Below are positions 1 through 11,577 of a stretch of 64,000 bases of DNA, one piece after another. Below the pieces are notes generated by a model that had not been told where the DNA came from, ran no database searches, and worked only from the letters and a program-made list of their open reading frames with translations. This stretch comes from Ramazzottius varieornatus (Eukaryota > Animalia > Tardigrada), in contig BDGG01000010.1 in NCBI GenBank assembly GCA_001949185.1, positions 753,773 through 817,772 on the forward strand, written 5' to 3'. The stretch's first letter is position 1. Every line of letters starts with the position of its first letter. Made by a program: the position numbers and the translations under genes.

Positions 1-438
1 TCGCTGAACGGGACGACAGTCAAGGGCGAACTGAAGCTTGTGGACACCAAGAGGGAGAACTCGACTGGCTTGCTGATGGTGAACTTTGAGCTCGCGGAGG
101 TTGCCGAATGGTCGTTTGTGCTGGAGAACGATCTGGGCGAGCAGGTTGTTGTGGGCTATGAAGCGTCGAGCAGGCAATTGTACGTCGATCGGTCTTCTTC
201 GGGAAAACTGGACTTTGAAATCCAATTTGCTGATAAAATGAAAGCGCCGCGAATTTCTCAAGATGGCAGTATGGATGTCACGTTGCTGATCGACGTTGAA
301 TCTATTGAGATGTTTGCCCACGGTGGACTTACCTGCATGTTAGCCATATTTTTTGCTCAAAAACCTCTAAATTGCTTTAGTCTGAAAAGTAGCAATGTGG
401 GAACTTTACTGTTCGACAGCATCATATATCAAGCTTGA
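1..438 (+). CDS. 3' end of a glycoside hydrolase family 32 (levanase/beta-fructofuranosidase) gene, C-terminal beta-sandwich; truncated by window start
   Basis: Frame open from base 1 to TGA at 438 with no intron. YVDRSSSGKLDF...APR...LLIDVESIEMFAHGGLTCMLAIFF matches the GH32 C-terminal 'DRxxSG...D.SxVE.F..dG...mT..fFP' pattern. Confidence 0.8.
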   Translation, partial: SLNGTTVKGELKLVDTKRENSTGLLMVNFELAEVAEWSFVLENDLGEQVVVGYEASSRQLYVDRSSSGKLDFEIQFADKMKAPRISQDGSMDVTLLIDVESIEMFAHGGLTCMLAIFFAQKPLNCFSLKSSNVGTLLFDSIIYQA

Positions 439-1294
439 ATTCTGTTTGCCAAAGCTGAGGAATCCGGTAATTTAAATAATCTGTGATAAAAATACAAGTG
501 CGAATTTTTTGAGAGATCACAGATAAACTACTGTAGGTTGGTGAATGACAGTAAATTAAGAACCACCGATTACGAATTTGGACCGGACACATAGGAATCT
601 GGTCCATACGCCGCCTACAGTTCCACGGAGGAAACGGTGGGAACTGCTAAAGACTTAGCATCAAGATGCTTCTCCAGACCTGGAGGGCGTACGTAGCTGC
701 GGCGACCTACGGTAGGTATAGCGGAATGGAGAAAAGTGTCAGGTTGCGTACACACGTCGTTAAGTTAATCGTCGATACGGGCGCATGTCAAATCTGGAGC
801 CGTGGCGGCCAATGCAATCGACAGGCCGGTGCGAAAGAAAGTGATCCCCTCCCAAGAAGATCGATCATTCTTGTATACAAAGTGGCCGCTTGCATAGCCT
901 CTAATGCATCTTTGCTTTTTCCCTTCCCGCTGGCATCTTAGCCAGGCACCGGTAAGTTCTCGTTCCTAATGGATGCCGGCCGAGTAACAAAACCGTACAA
1001 GCTCGCTGCAAGTTCCCTCCGTGACTTTCGATGGAAACGGGGCGTACTCCTTTCGTGCTTAATTCGCACCGCCTTTTGACAACGAACTTGCAAGCTTTCC
1101 TTGCCCGTCAAGAGCCATTAAACTCCCTTCGGTTACTTCGTGATGGTGCTCGTTCTGACTAATTAGTCAATTACTGCTGGAGCTTGGACAGATCGCCTAT
1201 TTCGGGTGGATATGCACACTTCATCGGTCCCAATGGCGCTTTGTTTGACCACCGGCACCTAGTCGGATAAATAGTCTACTACCTAGGAATCAAA

Positions 1295-4200
1295 ATGGTG
1301 TACCTTACCAAAACAGCCATTGGGTCTCCGGTGGAAGCCAATGGACCCAGGGATCTCACACAGCCGATTCGAGGAGAGGACGATGGTCAGTTTCAACAAT
1401 GTTCACGTTGGGCAAAACCTCTGTTGACATGCTTTTGTCGTTCTTCGAACTGTACAATACTCCTTGTTTCAGAATCGGAGAATGCGGTCACATTGATGGT
1501 TCCCCAAATAAACTATGCATCTGGTTCACTACTGACCGTCCCCGTGACGGTGGATCCTGCGAGGCGCGTCAGTCGGATCACGTTGGAAGACCGTGTAACA
1601 TGGGATAAAAAGATTGACTTCCTCCTCAGGTGACTTCCGCCCTTGCAACCTGTGGTTTTCACTGGGATAACCCTTACTTTTTGCTGACATTATGCCTGTA
1701 ATTTAGTGTCATCGGATTCTCTGTGGATTTATCTAATGTCTGGCGATTTCCCTACCTGTGCTACAAGAACGGCGGAGGTAAGTAAAAAACTGTCCTTGTG
1801 ACCTTTCGAAGTCTGTACTTCGTTCAAAAATAACGGAATTTCCCGCGGTTCTTTCTTTATCGCATCCTGAGACATCTTTGGCGTCTGTATCGTACACATA
1901 CTTACGTCGGTGATCATCCAGGTCTTTTTTTAGCTTTATCAAATTTCTAAATTTGCTTAGCTGCTGTAGAGCAGGTAACGGCAGGGCCACGCATGGTGGT
2001 CTCGGATTTCGATCTTTCGTCACCACACCGTGATACCAAGCATGCTCATGGAAAGTCTTTGTGTTTTTAGGCGCTTTCCTGGTGCCTTACATGATCTTTT
2101 TCATTCTGGGTACGTTGGACGCAATCCTTTTATCATGGTACTTCCGGCTGAAATGGGAAAAAACTTGAGACATCTGCATGTGTACAGGTGGTGTTCCGCT
2201 GTTTTATTTGGAGCTTGCTCTTGGGCAGTACAATCGCAAAGGAGCAGTAACATGCTGGGGACGCCTCGTACCTCTCTTTAAAGGTCAGCTCTGTTTCCAG
2301 TTTTTCCAATCAAACTGTCTCCCCTGGAACTTTACAGTAACAATGACTGTACATTTGTACCGTCTCCATGTTTCTTTTTTTTACATTTTCAGGTGTCGGA
2401 CTAGCAGTGGTGCTTGTGTCATTTTTCGTGGGTAAGCTTTCGATGATGAAACCATTCTTCCGCTGCTTTGTGTTTTGGGTAGTAATTTATGATACCCGTT
2501 TTACTCTGCAGATCTGTTTTACAATCAGATCTTAAGTTGGGCATTATACTTTTTCTTCGCATCGTTTGCACAAATCCTTCCATGGGCCACGTGCGGCAAC
2601 GAGTGGAACACGGACAGTTGTGTCGGGGCTTACGACGAGATTACCGACACTCAAGAACTGAGCCAGATACTGCACTGCAAATCCTCCCCCAGTTCATCTC
2701 AAAACTATGTAATTTCCAACGTCACCATCGAGACTGTTCAACAGATCTCCACGTGCTTACGGAATGCCGTGGGATTCTCGAACGCAACAAATGTGACCGT
2801 AACCATCGCGGACGTCGCATCCGCCTGCGCGACCTTGGACCAAAACGTTACGACAGCCCATTGCAAGTCATCTGCCGAAGAGTACTTCTAGTAAGTCTTT
2901 CCTGCACTCTCGCAAGGTCTAACTTAATGGCAATTATCCGTAACATCGGACTCGCTTGTTTGCAGTCGGTCCGTTCTACAATTACACAAAAGCCCAGGGT
3001 TAGAGGACCTCGGCGAAATTCTATGGCCCAATACCCTTTGCTTGTTGGCCATCTACATCATTTGCTACTTCAGCCTGTGGAAAGGCGTACTATCCTCCGG
3101 AAAGGTAGGAAAATGAAATTTACAACATATATCTGATGTCGATATTCAGAAAAAAACTTTCGTAAGTTTAGCCGGAAGCAATCGCTCTGCAGGACGTTTT
3201 AGCGATTCAGGTGCCTAGGAATACCATATCGCACACGAGAATGGACTAAAACATCGAATGGATTCGACATTAAACTGTTAGGTTGTGGAAACGATTAACA
3301 GAAACTACGGTCATTCATAATAGTTCAACTTTTTCTACAGTCAAGGACGTCCGGTTTTCCAGTACGAGTAGAGTTTTGGCTGTGGAATTACGTGAGGAGC
3401 GATTATTGCTGTAGATGGAGCGGAAGGCCCATGCGTCAAGCATATGGCGTAATCGCTGGTCGTGATTGACACCTAGGACTGTAATTTGGGTGCTCTACAT
3501 CAAAAAGCCATCCAAAGTGAAAAGAGTCCTCAGCAGTAGGTTCCCGATAATAGCCAGATCATGATGCGTGTCTGGATAGGTGAAAGTTGTAAGTGAACGC
3601 CCCACTTATTCAGCCTCAAAAAACCCAGCTTGATCACTCTCACTTCCTTCCAACATCTTGCCGGTTACAAGACGTTCCGTGCGAGCCCAAAAAAGAAAAA
3701 CTTTCGGATATGGTCGATGCAGTAAAGCACATGTTTGCTTTGTGCTCGTTGTGATTGGGCGTGCATCCATCGATCGGCTTCCGATATCGCTTTTGAACCT
3801 GTAAAAATAATACTGAACTAACAAAAGAGTTGTCTAATTGATTAAATGAGTAAACAGAATATGTCTTACCATCAAGTGCGTCTTCCATTTTAGGTCGTCT
3901 GGTTTACCGCCATATTTCCCTACATCGGTCTGCTGGCCCTCCTGATCCGCGGCGTGACACTTCCTGGTTCGTCGGATGGCATCGCGTACTACCTTACGCC
4001 TGACTTCAGCAAACTATCGAGCTCACAGGTACATCGCAGACTTAGGCCACCTGGACCCTTGATACCCAGAAAGGCGGACTTTTTTTAGGTATGGATCGAT
4101 GCAGCAACACAGGTGTTCTTCTCTTTGGGACCCGGATTTGGGGTATGTTGTCAGCCAGAACGTTTTGCGTAACTTGGTGTCGAAAATCGTAGCACAATCG

Positions 4201-5642
4201 TAGAGATGTGACCAAAGCGGATTCTGCACATTTGCTTTGTTTCAAGGTGCTTCTGGCATTTGCATCCTACAACAAATTCAACAACAATGTCTACTAGTAA
4301 GAACAATACACAATGTTTTTCGTTCTCGGTCCGCGGTACAATCTAACGACGCCTTGTTTTAGTGACGCGCTTCTCACGAGTTCGATCAACCTTCTCACAT
4401 CGTTCCTTTCCGGACTGGTCATATTCAGCGTCCTAGGGTAGAAAAGACTGCGATGACCCATGGAATCAAGTTGCATGTAGTTGCATATATCTCTGCTGTG
4501 CAGGTACATGGCTTGGAAGGTGAAAAAGAACGTGGCCGATGTTGCTCGCGAAGGTCCCGGCTTGGTCTTCGTGGTCTATCCGGAAGCCCTGGCCACCATG
4601 CCGGGATCCACCTTCTGGTCCATCTTCTTCTTCCTCATGCTACTTACAATTGGCCTGGACAGCTCGTTTGCTGGATCCGAAGCGGTTATCACGGGAGTCA
4701 GTGATGAGGTACCGCTCTTCGAGAAGCACCGGGAGATTTTCGTCGGCTGCCTCTTCTCGTTTTACTTCTTCGCGGCCGGGCTGGTGACCTGTACTCAGGT
4801 AAGAGCCGTCAGTTGTCCCGTCTTGCTTCTGGTTTGAACTAGCGGTTCATTTCCAGGGTGGGTTCTATATTGTGCAATTGCTGGACACATACGCCGCTAG
4901 TTACTCATTGATGCTGGCGGTGTTTCTCGAATGCATCGCCGTTTCCTGGATCTATGGTGAATTTGCAACAACCAGATACACCAGCCTCTCCACAGAAAGA
5001 TTTTCACAGTGGCATGCCCATCAACCCAGTGATTGTTGTAGGTCAGAAACGAATTTGCCAGGATATTCAGGAGATGCTGGGCTTCATTCCAGGTCTCTTC
5101 TGGAGAGTATGCTGGCGTTGGGTATCGCCGGCGGCAGTCCTTGTGAGTCTGATGTCTAGATATCTTTGTGAAAAAGCCGATACTTTGTCGTTGGAACATT
5201 AGCTTCGATATTGAAGCTTGCTTCTTTCTTGGGAAGAAATATGGAGGTTGAACCGTACTGCAAGCCTGGGTAACCTTTGTGTTCTTCTTTTTGCAGTTCA
5301 TCATAGTCTACGGACTGGCGACCTATTCTCCTCTGGAAGTCAACGAGTATCAGTATCCCACATGGGCTAATGCAATTGGATGGAGCATTGCCGCTTCTTC
5401 CATGTTGTGCATGCCGCTCACTGCCATTTACAAGATTATCCGAACTCCTGGAACCTTTCTTCAGGTAAGACAAGTTGAGAATCCAACCTATGTCAATCAT
5501 TTCGACTAATCATTTCGGCTTGTTCACGCAGCGCATCAAGATTCTGACCACGCCCTATCGGGATACCAAAGCCGAGAAGAGGAGACAAGAGCTTTTGCTG
5601 GAAGAATCACAAAAGATGAACCGCAACGGAATTCACACCTGA
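1295..5642 (+). CDS. DAT: Sodium-dependent dopamine (monoamine) transporter, SLC6 family, multi-exon
   Basis: Spliced exons give [37 protein letters not shown] (TM1 Asp of monoamine transporters), [33 protein letters not shown] (very like invertebrate DAT), [45 protein letters not shown]. Stop at 5640-5642; start codon less certain. Confidence 0.9.
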
Positions 5643-6473
5643 TAGTCAATAGCCCCGTCACTGTACACGTGGTTCCCGAATTGTGTAATATTGTAAGGTC
5701 GGTGATGTTCTGTACATATCTAACGTGTACCCGAAGAGTTTTATGGACATACTTACAATTATAATCTCAGTTTCCAGAGCCATTAATTTCAATTCTATCA
5801 CGTATTACCGGCTGAGTATTCTATCATATCCGATATTTAGCGGAACCGGTTCTCGCAAGCCTTACGGGTTTCCGGCGTCCCCTCGGGCTTGGTTTAATAT
5901 CTCTTGTGAAACACAGTCTAGTAAATGCGTCACAGTGCAGTGCCGGATAGAAAAAAACGCGATGACTTTATCATAATCAGGAAGGTTCACAACAGTTATA
6001 CACGCGTACTGGTAAATATTGTTTTGCGTGTACATGCATTGCGTCGAGTTAGTCCAAGACCTTAGTCGAGTTATTCAACTACTAACTTAGGTTATGCTCC
6101 GGGTACTATACCATGAAACCTCGATAGTTATCATTGTTGACACAACCGATTCACTTTTGGGTTGACAATTGAGTGTCATCTTTAAGCTCTGGTGTCATCT
6201 TCATGTTCACATCAAAGCTTTCAGGCTTACTGTTTTCATTTCCTGGTATTAGAGCATCTCGAGTTTCGTTGACTTCACCCATGTTATACGTCGTTTGAAA
6301 TCACACCATAAACATTCACTAGAATTCACGGATCGCATACTGCTGTGGGCTGTTGACCATTTTTGAGTCCGAACGTTAGATTTCGCCGTCAGCGACTGCT
6401 CTTCTGGAACATCGGAGAACAGCAGTTCCCTAAGTGGGAATCTTGCGTCTTTGTACCGCAAGAGATCAGCGAG

Positions 6474-7134
6474 ATGGCTGTGAGTTACTGGTTTATATTC
6501 TCAGCGACCTTGTGTCTCTGCCTTTCCTTTCCCTTTGGTACCAGATCTGCTCCCGCTGCTCCAGCACCTCTTCCGGCTGCGTCGAACAGCTCAAACGCGG
6601 ATGTGACGATAAATCCGCCTTCGGTACCGGTTCAGCCAAACAGCGGAACCACTGTGTCACCTGAAACCTTTGAACGCATCACAAGTAACATGGCAGGAGG
6701 AGTGGATACTATTCGGGTACATAAATGCTAAAAGGTGTAGGCATAATGCAGATGCAGATGCGAGAATTGAATATTGTATTAATATCACTAATACCCGCGA
6801 AATACTTCCTGCTCTGTATGAGGCTGCGTATGTCTGAATGATTTGGCAATTGGTCGGTTTTCTGCAAAGCTTCTACTGTCTGCAGGATGCGATTATCGGG
6901 CTTGTAGCCTTCCTGATCGGCGGAGCCAAGTTCGCAGTCGACAAAGGAGTTCAGAATGTCGCGGACGTTGCCCAGCGCGTGGAGAACAAGACAATCGCGG
7001 TAAAGAACAACGTGCGCAACGCAGGAGGAGCACTTGCAAATACTTGGGGGAACGCTCTCCGGAAAACGGGAGCCATCACTGGACAACTCGTTGGCGGAAC
7101 CCTCCATACCGACCCGCAAAATAACCAACAATGA
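6474..7134 (+). CDS. Small secreted orphan protein (2 exons, about 163 aa)
   Basis: Signal-peptide-like N-terminus MAVSYWFIFSATLCLCLSFPFG, then a Pro/Ser/Asn-rich linker. Phase-0 GT-AG intron 6717-6885 joins in frame to DAIIGLVAFLIGGAKFAVDKGVQNVADVAQRVENK... Confidence 0.7.
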
Positions 7135-7422
7135 CTTTTATAATTGCCGGAAAACCGCGGACAACGTCGTCCCAGAAATTTGTGCATTTCAGTTTTCAAT
7201 GTGCTTTACATACTAGAATAATCTAAGTCCGAAGCCGATTGTCAGTCCAGCACGATGACAAGAATGCATCACAAAAATCTGAATGTTGTGATCATGTTGT
7301 AAGAATTAATGAAAATTAATTCGTAAAAGCTGCTTCGAAGGAAAACATGCGACAAATGTATGCATTACTATCTAAGGAACATAGCTATAAGTAAAGGAAC
7401 AGCATAACAGAGCTTCGCAGTA

Positions 7423-8819
7423 CTATCGAAGACGAAAGTCTTCCAGCTTTGTCTGTTTCGTTCCATCAGTGACCACCCCTTCTTTGATTCTTTCAAACAG
7501 CGGGTAACTCTCATCGTGTACATGGAAGTTGGTTCCTTCCCGACACTGTCCAATCATCTCCATGCCATAGTCATTCAGCCGAAAGAACCCTATATCGTTA
7601 AACTTCGGAGCTAACACAATGGCGATAGCTTCCGGTAACATGATCTGATAGCCGTGTTGCATATGCATATCCACGCTGGACAAGAAAGCGGTCTGAGATG
7701 GATGCGTATGTATCCACCCTAACTGAATCAGGTTTTCTGAAATTGCCAACTCGGCCGCGGCACCTTCGTCCAAGTCCTCACAGTAAGAATCTGTGCCTTT
7801 CTGTTTGGGTATGATAACGTGTGTGACTATGTAAGCGCCTTGGTCGCGAACGCCCCACAGGTTCCCGCAGGTTTCGATGTTCTTCTGACTGGTGTTCTCG
7901 CTGGCGGCTGCCCCGAACCGGTCGACCAAGTCGCTGGGTACACGGACTTCGCGTAAGGCATCGCTGGGGAGGCGGCTGCGAGGCTTGTTGCGACGATCGA
8001 CAAGCGGTAGAGCTTGAGGACCCAGGCCACCTGAAAAGGAGTTCGCGAAGGCCTCGTCTGGAGAGACTGGATCGCTCTGGACTTTCGGCCAAGAGACGCC
8101 AGGTGACTCAAAGTACGGTGCGGAAGGTCCGTTGTGCTCGTTCAAGGTATTGATTCGATGGAGCAAGTCATCCAGGTTGGCGGAACCAGAGGCATTCGAC
8201 CGCGGATCGTTCTGCAAAGAATACACAGGCATCACGTCCGGTTATAAATCAACAATCAATCGAGGTCCGAAGGACAGCTAGTTATTCGAGGTACAATGGT
8301 ACAGTAACGGTTACGTTCGGTACCACGAACACATAACGTCACAGCGTGCCTACAAAGCCGAACACTGCAGCCAGCATTTCAATCCGTGAAATGACGTCAC
8401 GCGCGAACAGTCTCTGAGACCACGATTTCGTTTGGCTCTCATACCTGGGCCAGTTCCGCTTCCTCTGCTCGGACGATTTGTTCGAACTCTTCCAGGACCT
8501 TTGGTTTCAGCTGTCCCCCGAGATCCAGTGCTTTCACCCACAGAGCTTTGGTTGGCTTTCTCAAATCCTCAGGAACATTGTCGTAGAAGGGATGCTTTGG
8601 TAGGCGCGTCACGTAGATGTCCAGGAATCGCATGATCAGCATGTAGGCTTTCTGTAAGTTCCCGTGAGCAGCTTCGTACTTCGCTGTCTCATACAGCTGC
8701 TTGCTGGATATAAAATAGCGTCGAAGATTTTCGTTCTTGTGGTCCACATGGATGGATTCTGCAACGTCCGTCAGATCTTTCAACCGTTCTTTCGCGGTCC
8801 GGACGTTTGTCCGGGCCAT
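7423..8819 (-). CDS. STAMBP: STAM-binding protein / AMSH-like K63 deubiquitinase
   Basis: N-terminal MIT/USP8-dimer-like segment (LRRYFISSKQLYETAKYE..GNLQKAYMLIMRF...LPKHP) and C-terminal JAMM motif (ETCG...GWIHTHPSQTAFLSSVD...QIMLPEAIAIV). Intron begins near 8442. Confidence 0.93.
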
Positions 8820-9121
8820 CCTTCGGCAGCGGCGAGCTGTCCCGTCTTTTTCCTGGTTTCCCAGTCTGCCTCCAAATTCCTGCACGGACAGAAGAGATTT
8901 AGGAGAGACAAAAGTTATAGTTTTGTCACTTTTGTGCTCATCGGATGACGCATTCCTGCTAAGTACTGTTAACGACGTGATTGTAGCTGTTTGCTTTGAT
9001 TGATATGGGAAGGCACATTGGTAATCATGCTGCAGCAATGTGCTGTCTGGCTTGTGGTGTGGAACAATCAAAGACAAATCAGGACTAGAGAGCCAGGCGA
9101 ACACAGTTGGCTCACATCTGA

Positions 9122-11175
9122 CGAGGGGATTTAGCCAATGCTCCAGTCTTATTTCACGAACTGAAACGACAGAGAAGTAGAGGAGAGTTTTCTCTATGGA
9201 CTGGGATAGACCAGGCCGGCAGGAAAAAAATCCTGGAAGACACAACAGGAAGCGGAAGTGACGTCAAAATCTGGGCGGAACATCGGCATCAGTCAAGTAA
9301 TTTGATTGTGTGCTGGTTGATTCGCTATTTGATTGGTCTATAACACTATATGGGTAGAAGAGCAGCTGATCACTACAGTTTTGATTGTTGTGTCAAACTT
9401 CGTTCTCTTTTCTCGTTTTCTCTCCTCCAGTTATCGCAGACATGGATTCTATTAACCCCTTGAACATCCTAAAGCTTTTGGAGATGGACTATGAACAGGA
9501 TTTTCAACCCAACGACTCTCCAAGTGACCATGACAAGTTGCTCAAGGCACTCATCAAAGGTATGGTAGGTTTGTTGATAAGGTATACACTTGAAGCCTAT
9601 CCGAATCTATCGTTCGCTTGCAGACTTCCTGGATATTCACATCAACCAAGCTGGAAGTCCGATCTTGGCCATCGAGGACGATCTTCAGTACGAGCTACAG
9701 ATCAGTATGCCGACGTTCGAAGAGTTGAAAAGTCTGTCGCAGAAAACAACCTGTTGACTGGACATCGCGAAGCTGATTTTGAGCCAACCCCAAACGATGG
9801 CCTTCGAGAACCTGTCTCAAGCGCAACTGAACCTTCTTCGCATGAGCTTTTTATGCAAGGAATTCCCAATCCAGAAGTGCCGTCGAGCCAAGCAGCTGAT
9901 CTCGACTACAAGAAACGCGTCGTACGATTCTGAAATAATGCCATCACAAAGAAGCGACGTAGTCTGTCAAGTGTTCAAGTCTTATTCAAGAAAGTTACCA
10001 GTGTGCATCAGCTCAATGAACTACGGTATCTGCGACCGCAAAATCACCAAGTTCGTGACAGAGAAGCATCTGCAGGAAGAACCAGATAGAAAGAAAAGTG
10101 CCGACGAATGCGTCGCTCTCGTCAGATCAAGGATTCAAGCATATAGACTGGACTGCCTCTGGAACGCTGATTGGTCTAGACTCGAATACGAGATGAGGCC
10201 AGGTCGGACTTTGGATTTGGTGGGCGCAAAGCACGTTCTTGCTCTCACTCGGTCTGAGAATTCCATGACTCACAGTTACACTGTGATGATGTGTGTCTCA
10301 CCAGGTGCTCGAAAGTATCTTTCCGTTCTTTTCATTACACTGCAGAAAGATAAAGGTGTCTTCGGGCCGATCGTGAAAAGAACGATGTTTAGATCGAGCA
10401 ACCTTCACGTTACCGCATCAACATCCGGCAAAATGACAAAAGAGCTTTTCGTCGAATGGTGCGAAAAGGTCTTCTTCCCACAAATGGACGGACATTGCTT
10501 GTTCCTGGAAGATTCTTGGCCGACGTTTGCCGATCAAGAAGCTGTAGAGGAAGTCAAGCCAGAGGAACTGGAGTACGAGATGATCATGATTCCTCCTAAA
10601 GTCACCGGCCAGATCCAGCCTCTAGATGTGGTGTGTTTTCGAATGTACAAAGGATACTTTCGAAAGGTGTCAAACTGGCTATTTCTGAACGATCAACCTG
10701 TACAGGTTCACCATCGGGACGTTATTCTCAAGCTGCATTCGCTGATCTATCAGCAGTTCATTTCTCGTAGGTTTGAAAATCTCATCGCACAAGCTTGGCA
10801 TTTGTCTGGATATATTGACAGGTCCTACAAGTACGTAAATCCTGCGGAATTTTGTTTCGATAGAGTAGTTGGTCCTTGTGAGCGTGTCCTTGTGAGCGTG
10901 TCGCTCGTTGCTGTTGAAGTGTGGCTGGTGTAAGGCTCCATTGTGCTTCCATCGTTTTTACGAGAGATATCATTTCTGTAAGACTTATGTTCCTTGATGG
11001 TCTCTATTTTTACCATGTTCCGCCCAGATTCTGACGTCACTTCCGCTTCCTGTTGTGTCTTCCAGGATTTTTTTCTGCCGGCCTGGTCTATCCCAGTCGA
11101 TAGAGAAAACTCTCCTCTACTTCTCTGTCGTTTCAGTTCGTGAAATAAGACTGGAGCATTGGCTAAATCCCCTCG
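9122..11175 (+). mobile_element. Tc4/Tc5-type DDD DNA transposon, defective copy, 2054 bp
   Basis: Near-identical ~160-bp terminal inverted repeats (9122-9283 and ~11015-11175) starting CGAGGGGATTTAGCC. Flanked by 3-bp TGA duplication (9119-9121, 11176-11178) that reconstitutes C-TGA-G. Internal transposase. Confidence 0.92.
9442..10933 (+). pseudogene. Tc5-like transposase with premature stop, frameshifts and probable internal deletion
   Basis: Catalytic core WNAD...THSYT...SGKMTK...EDSW-x-IPPKVTGQIQPLDV (37 residues between 2nd and 3rd Asp) in ORF 9779-10933. The N-terminal part (DYKKRVVRF*NN..KRRSLSSVQ..FKKVTS) is in another frame with TGA at 9931-9933. Confidence 0.8.
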
Positions 11176-11577
11176 TGAGTCACAGTCTGTCCCGTTAATC
11201 CCGTACCTCGCTGTCTGGTCGCGCTCGTGGTCACAGAAAAAGCCCGTAGAAATCATCCAGGGTCCAATTATGCTGCAGCCGATTCTTCAGCCTTTCAAAC
11301 TCAAAGGAACCCGTATCAAAGGTACCGAGGGAACAGATAAGCGGTCGGCCTCACTCCAGAGGGCTTTGCTCATCCATTTGAGCCAATTTTGGCATTCTAC
11401 TTCTGCAGTTCTGCCTCATTTTCGCTTTCGCAAGGGTTTGTTCCTTTACCCAGTTTCGCTCTTTCCAATTTCTTGATGGACTGCTCGATGAAAATCTGTG
11501 TTTGACATTCCCGCTTACAAATGGATCCTTTTCTTGCTGAGCCACAACGATAGGTGATTTTCTGCATCGACTTCAAA

